Virus record (IMG/VR): IMGVR_UViG_3300028171_000090
Location: 159,017-223,016 of that record
Strand: one strand, 5' to 3'
Source: a virus
Lineage: Duplodnaviria > Caudoviricetes
Length of the DNA stretch: 64,000 nt
Under the pieces are notes generated by a model that saw only the letters and a program-made list of their open reading frames with translations, did no database searches and was not told where the DNA came from. Position 1 is the stretch's first letter, and every line of letters begins with the position of its first letter. The translations under genes were made by a program, and so were the position numbers. This document shows positions 60,209-64,000 of this stretch, one piece after another.

Positions 60209-61909
60209 ATGAGTTTATTTAAGAAATTATTCGGATTAAATCCTGAGCCACAAAAAGAACCTGTAAAAGAGATTAAGGAGGATAAACTAGATTATAAAAA
60301 AGACTTTGATGAGTTCTTTGCTTATCTAGAGAAACCTTTTACTCCTGATGACACAATGGTTCTTAGAGATTTTATTTATAAAAATAGAACCTCAATAGAA
60401 GGTATTGGAAAAATTTCAATACATATGAAACCATTAGAGAAATTTATTAATGAAGCTACATTTATGGAATTGCTACGATTAACAATTCTAAACTTCTATA
60501 ATTTCCCTAATCGCAAACACTTTATTCTAGTAAAACTACAACGTAGTATTGCATTAAATGAGTGTGAAACATTAATGAATAGAGCTGCGGGTGCATACTT
60601 AGAAGCTTTAGATTTAGGTGATAACTTATTCTTTAGCAATAAAATGAGAATGACTGAAGACTATATCAAAGAACGTAATGCTCATACTAGTGAAAAATAC
60701 ACTACCGATGTACCGACTATACCTTCACATCAGAAAACATATGAAGAGAGTAAAAGAGGCAGGGAGCCAGAACATAAATTTATTGCAGACGTAGCAGATA
60801 AAGCTGTACGGGAAATGGATGCAAAGATAGTAAGAGAACTTCATCCAGGGACTCCTGAACACGATCAAATTATGGCTGATATTGCTGAAGGTAATCTAGT
60901 TCCAACTGCAATTAATTATCCTGATAGTGAAAACGTTAAACCCTATACTGGACCAGTAGAGTTAGATTTAGCTCGTACACATCCGGCTAAAGATTTAAAA
61001 GAATTGGAAAAAGAATTATTTAAGCAACCAGGTGCTTCATTTGTAGACCTGAAAGGTTTATCTGCAATTGAACTTCAAGAGATAATAGAAGCTAGTAAAA
61101 GAGCAATAAAATCTGTTGATGTGACAGTAGATTTACAAAATGAAGATTTATTAGGTGCACATAAAAAATTAGTAAGTGCATCAGCTACCGCTATGGTAGA
61201 CTATCAAATATTTAAAGCTTTAGATGGTAAAGAGCGTAAAGCTACTAAAGACCTTGCTAAGGATATTGATAAAAAATCCGTAGAAATGTTTGCGTCTACT
61301 GAGTCTGAAGCTGAAAAAGAAAATCCTAGAAGCCCTGGGTTTATAGATTCTACAGTCTATAAAGAATCAGGTATATTTGCACCTGTAGCAGAGTATGGAC
61401 CAGATGAGGAAACAAAAGAAATGAAATCGTCTGGCGCCATTCAAAACTACGTAGAAGAATCATTTGAAATTATTCCTCGTCCTACAATCAGTGCGATTGC
61501 TAGAACAATGAAAGAGGGATTAGAGAAGTATGGATACCGTAACTATATGGGAATCCCTAAAGAAGAACATATTGGACGAGCAATTCGCCATATGTATGCT
61601 TACCTAGATGGAGATACAACTGAGGAGCATTTAGCTCATGCTATCACACGTTTAGGGTTTGCAGTTGAAATGAAACACATTGAAGAACAAGAGGGTAGAC
61701 ATGAATTGTTCCCTCATCTAAAAGATGTGTTAAAGAAAGAAGAATCAAATTCAATTATAACAGATTATATCACTACACATAGTACAGCCCAAGTTTCTGA
61801 CATGACAGTGAGAGCTAAAGCTCAATCTATGTTTGATCTAGGTAAAGGTCAAAGTTTAGAGAAACTTCGTAACGATAGTGTAGAGAAGCTTCAAGGAGAT
61901 AGAGTATAG
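60209..61909 (+). CDS. Large protein with C-terminal DUF5664 (dATP/dGTP diphosphohydrolase-like) domain
   Basis: PRPTISAIARTMKEGLEKYGYRNYMGIP..AIRH..YLDG..EEHLAHA at about 61475-61680. Confidence 0.75.
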   Translation: MSLFKKLFGLNPEPQKEPVKEIKEDKLDYKKDFDEFFAYLEKPFTPDDTMVLRDFIYKNRTSIEGIGKISIHMKPLEKFINEATFMELLRLTILNFYNFPNRKHFILVKLQRSIALNECETLMNRAAGAYLEALDLGDNLFFSNKMRMTEDYIKERNAHTSEKYTTDVPTIPSHQKTYEESKRGREPEHKFIADVADKAVREMDAKIVRELHPGTPEHDQIMADIAEGNLVPTAINYPDSENVKPYTGPVELDLARTHPAKDLKELEKELFKQPGASFVDLKGLSAIELQEIIEASKRAIKSVDVTVDLQNEDLLGAHKKLVSASATAMVDYQIFKALDGKERKATKDLAKDIDKKSVEMFASTESEAEKENPRSPGFIDSTVYKESGIFAPVAEYGPDEETKEMKSSGAIQNYVEESFEIIPRPTISAIARTMKEGLEKYGYRNYMGIPKEEHIGRAIRHMYAYLDGDTTEEHLAHAITRLGFAVEMKHIEEQEGRHELFPHLKDVLKKEESNSIITDYITTHSTAQVSDMTVRAKAQSMFDLGKGQSLEKLRNDSVEKLQGDRV

Positions 61910-61993
61910 GACATATGTCCTATACTTTTCTTTATTATTATTAAAATTAATCTATTTTATAATAATAAGTTACTACACGTCTAACATAGTAAT

Positions 61994-62290
61994 GAGATAG
62001 ACCCACCAGAGAGACAGAGAGGCTAGGAGATTGTAATATTAATCTTCTACCTCTCTGGTGGGGTATCATCGGAGGCGGGTGGGAATAGATAAGTGTTACC
62101 CGAACCGAAGGGAAGGGGAACATGCACTAGAAGAAAGAAGTGCGGTCCTCCCCGAAAGGGGGAGGGCGCTTTAAAGTTAGAATAATAGACACGAGAGAGG
62201 GAGACGAAGCTCTGAGAGGTGAGAGGAGCGAGAGCCCCGGGAACCCGAAAGGGAGAGGAGGTTCCGCCGAGGAACTACAGCACTTTCTCT
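61994..62290 (+). ncRNA. Putative GC-rich structured non-coding RNA
   Basis: Promoter AACATAGTAATG (61983-61994). 12-bp stem CCCACCAGAGAG/CTCTCTGGTGGG, GAAA-capped hairpins near 62150 and 62244-62253, no ORF. Confidence 0.55.
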
Positions 62291-62338
62291 AAATACAGTC
62301 AAAATCTCTTAGATTTTATATAGTTTTACAATCTTTCT

Positions 62339-63982
62339 AACAGTGTATTAGGGTACTGGTAAAGGTCCCTATGCAAATTTATTACTTGAAAGAGAAATAG
62401 ATTCTATACAAACTAAAAACTTTCATTCCAACATTTTTAGTAAACCTTTTCAGAATCTATTATCTCTAGACTATGCATCCGACTATACCTTAATTGGTAT
62501 AGTCAATTTTATTTTAATATATAACTAACATATAATTACATAAGTGTCTATGTGTAAATTCTTGTGTGAAACGAATGTTATTATTAAACCCTTAATAAAT
62601 TTCATAGACTATGCCGAGTATAACCTCTCCCAGGTTATACTCATTATTTTTTAATATTATGCTAACATTTTACTAATCTAAACATCATTTGCTTCATAGC
62701 AAATTACCTCATAGATTATGCCGACCATCACTTCCCCTAGGAGTGATGGTTAATTATTTTTTATTATTACTATAACATAATAATAACCTTAATAGGATAA
62801 GATTACCCACATAATCTTATAACAATTGCTTACACAAACCTGTAAGACTATGCCGACTAATACCTCCGGGTATTAGTCATTTTATTTTTATACATAAGCA
62901 ACATTATTATAACCGTGATAACCTCAAATATTCATGGTCTTACTCGTGATATGAATTTTGTCATTTTATAAGTTTCTTAGCTTATGAGACTACGCTGGTC
63001 AAAACGAGGCATCAATTTTTCCAAATTGATTTGCTTTCCTTCCGTTGGGAATTACCAACTAAATTCCATATAAGGGTCCTGACTATGCACGAAGAAGCCA
63101 CCGTTTGGCTTCTTCACTATTTTACGTCATTTTATATTTTAATATAAAGATAACAAAGTATTAGGTTGCGTAACAATACTGGAGCGTAACCGAGACACAA
63201 GCTGGTATCTGTTGATTCATTCGAACGACGGTACTCCTGATATAATTTATTATGTATTTAAGACTATGCAGACCATACCTTCGGGTATGGTCACTATTAT
63301 TTTCTATCTTAGTAACATTATTATAAGACTTAGTTCTGTTTGTGTTTGTTGATATTTTTCAAATATCACGGAAAGAACTCCATTTATAGACTATGCTCCT
63401 TTCAAATTTTAATGTTTATTATTTTTGTAGTTTTAGGGAGACTATGAAGAGTACAACCTTAGCGGGTTGTACTCATTTTATTTTATTGTAATAACATATT
63501 ATTAGTGGACTAGCGCCACAGTGATTCTATTTGGTGTATTTAAGACTATGCCCTTCGTTTATAAAAGTACTTAGATGAAAAATACCAGTAGATTATGCAG
63601 AGTATAACCTTAACGGGTTATACTCAAATTTATTTTTAATATCGCTATAACATAATAGTATGAGAGTGAGTATCTCATATATTCAAAAGTGTTTATAGAC
63701 TAAGCCTATCGATTTCAATGATAAACTAAACCCTACTATTTATTTATCATTACAGAAGAACCCAGAGAGGTTCTTCCCTTTCTTTTGTCGTTTATGATAA
63801 AGTTTTACTAAGTAGGTAACATATTATTAGTTGATGTATGATGGTAACAAACGCGATACTTCATTTCCTTTTGAATCTAGACTACGTGAAGATTTTTACC
63901 TAACTGAATGATGATTACTACTACTTTTTTACACATAAAATCCATCACCAACTACTGAGTATAACCTTAACGGGTTATACTC
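62339..63982 (+). ncRNA. Tandem array of >=10 small-RNA transcription units sharing an AGACTATGC motif
   Basis: 10 AACA-N6-TA promoters, 13 AGACTATGC-like motifs and 10 terminator hairpins with T tails, in repeating order. No ORFs on +. Confidence 0.8.
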
Positions 63983-64000
63983 CTTTATTTTATTTTTTAC

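Noticed and set aside
62481-63982. Terminator hairpins themselves as the array's specific repeat
   Set aside because: The same stem style ends ordinary genes (e.g. the identical GACTAATACC stem at 16304), so the array-specific element is the AGACTATGC handle.
62339-64000. Canonical CRISPR array
   Set aside because: The repeat is only ~9 nt, spacing is irregular, each unit has its own promoter and terminator, and no cas genes are in the window. Reported instead as a novel small-RNA array.

Overview
This is a ~64 kb AT-rich segment of a jumbo myophage genome of the phiKZ/AR9(PBS1)-like type. Strong GGAGG ribosome-binding sites and peptidoglycan hydrolase domains suggest a Firmicutes host. It encodes a primase TOPRIM fragment and two subunits of a multisubunit RNA polymerase: a beta' fragment with GGDYDGD, and a beta gene split by two tandem group I introns, the second carrying an HNH homing endonuclease. 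Structural genes include baseplate/tail proteins (gp25-, gp26-, gp6-, hub- and tube-like), a 3602-aa tape-measure protein with C39 peptidase and GH73 domains, and paralogous internal head proteins. Also present are RusA, a cluster of YubB/DUF1281-like paralogs, three lectin-like paralogs and a DUF5664 fusion. Two promoter classes are readable: AACA-N6-TA/G (late) and TATACATTATAT(A/T)GATGA-like (probably early). The most striking unexplained feature is the non-coding right end (61983-64000). A GC-rich structured RNA candidate is followed by at least 10 tandem mini transcription units. Each has a late promoter, a variable hairpin-forming segment and an intrinsic terminator, and the units carry 13 copies of an AGACTATGC motif in total. 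The array runs off the window edge and no effector gene is visible. No tRNA gene or canonical CRISPR array was recognised.
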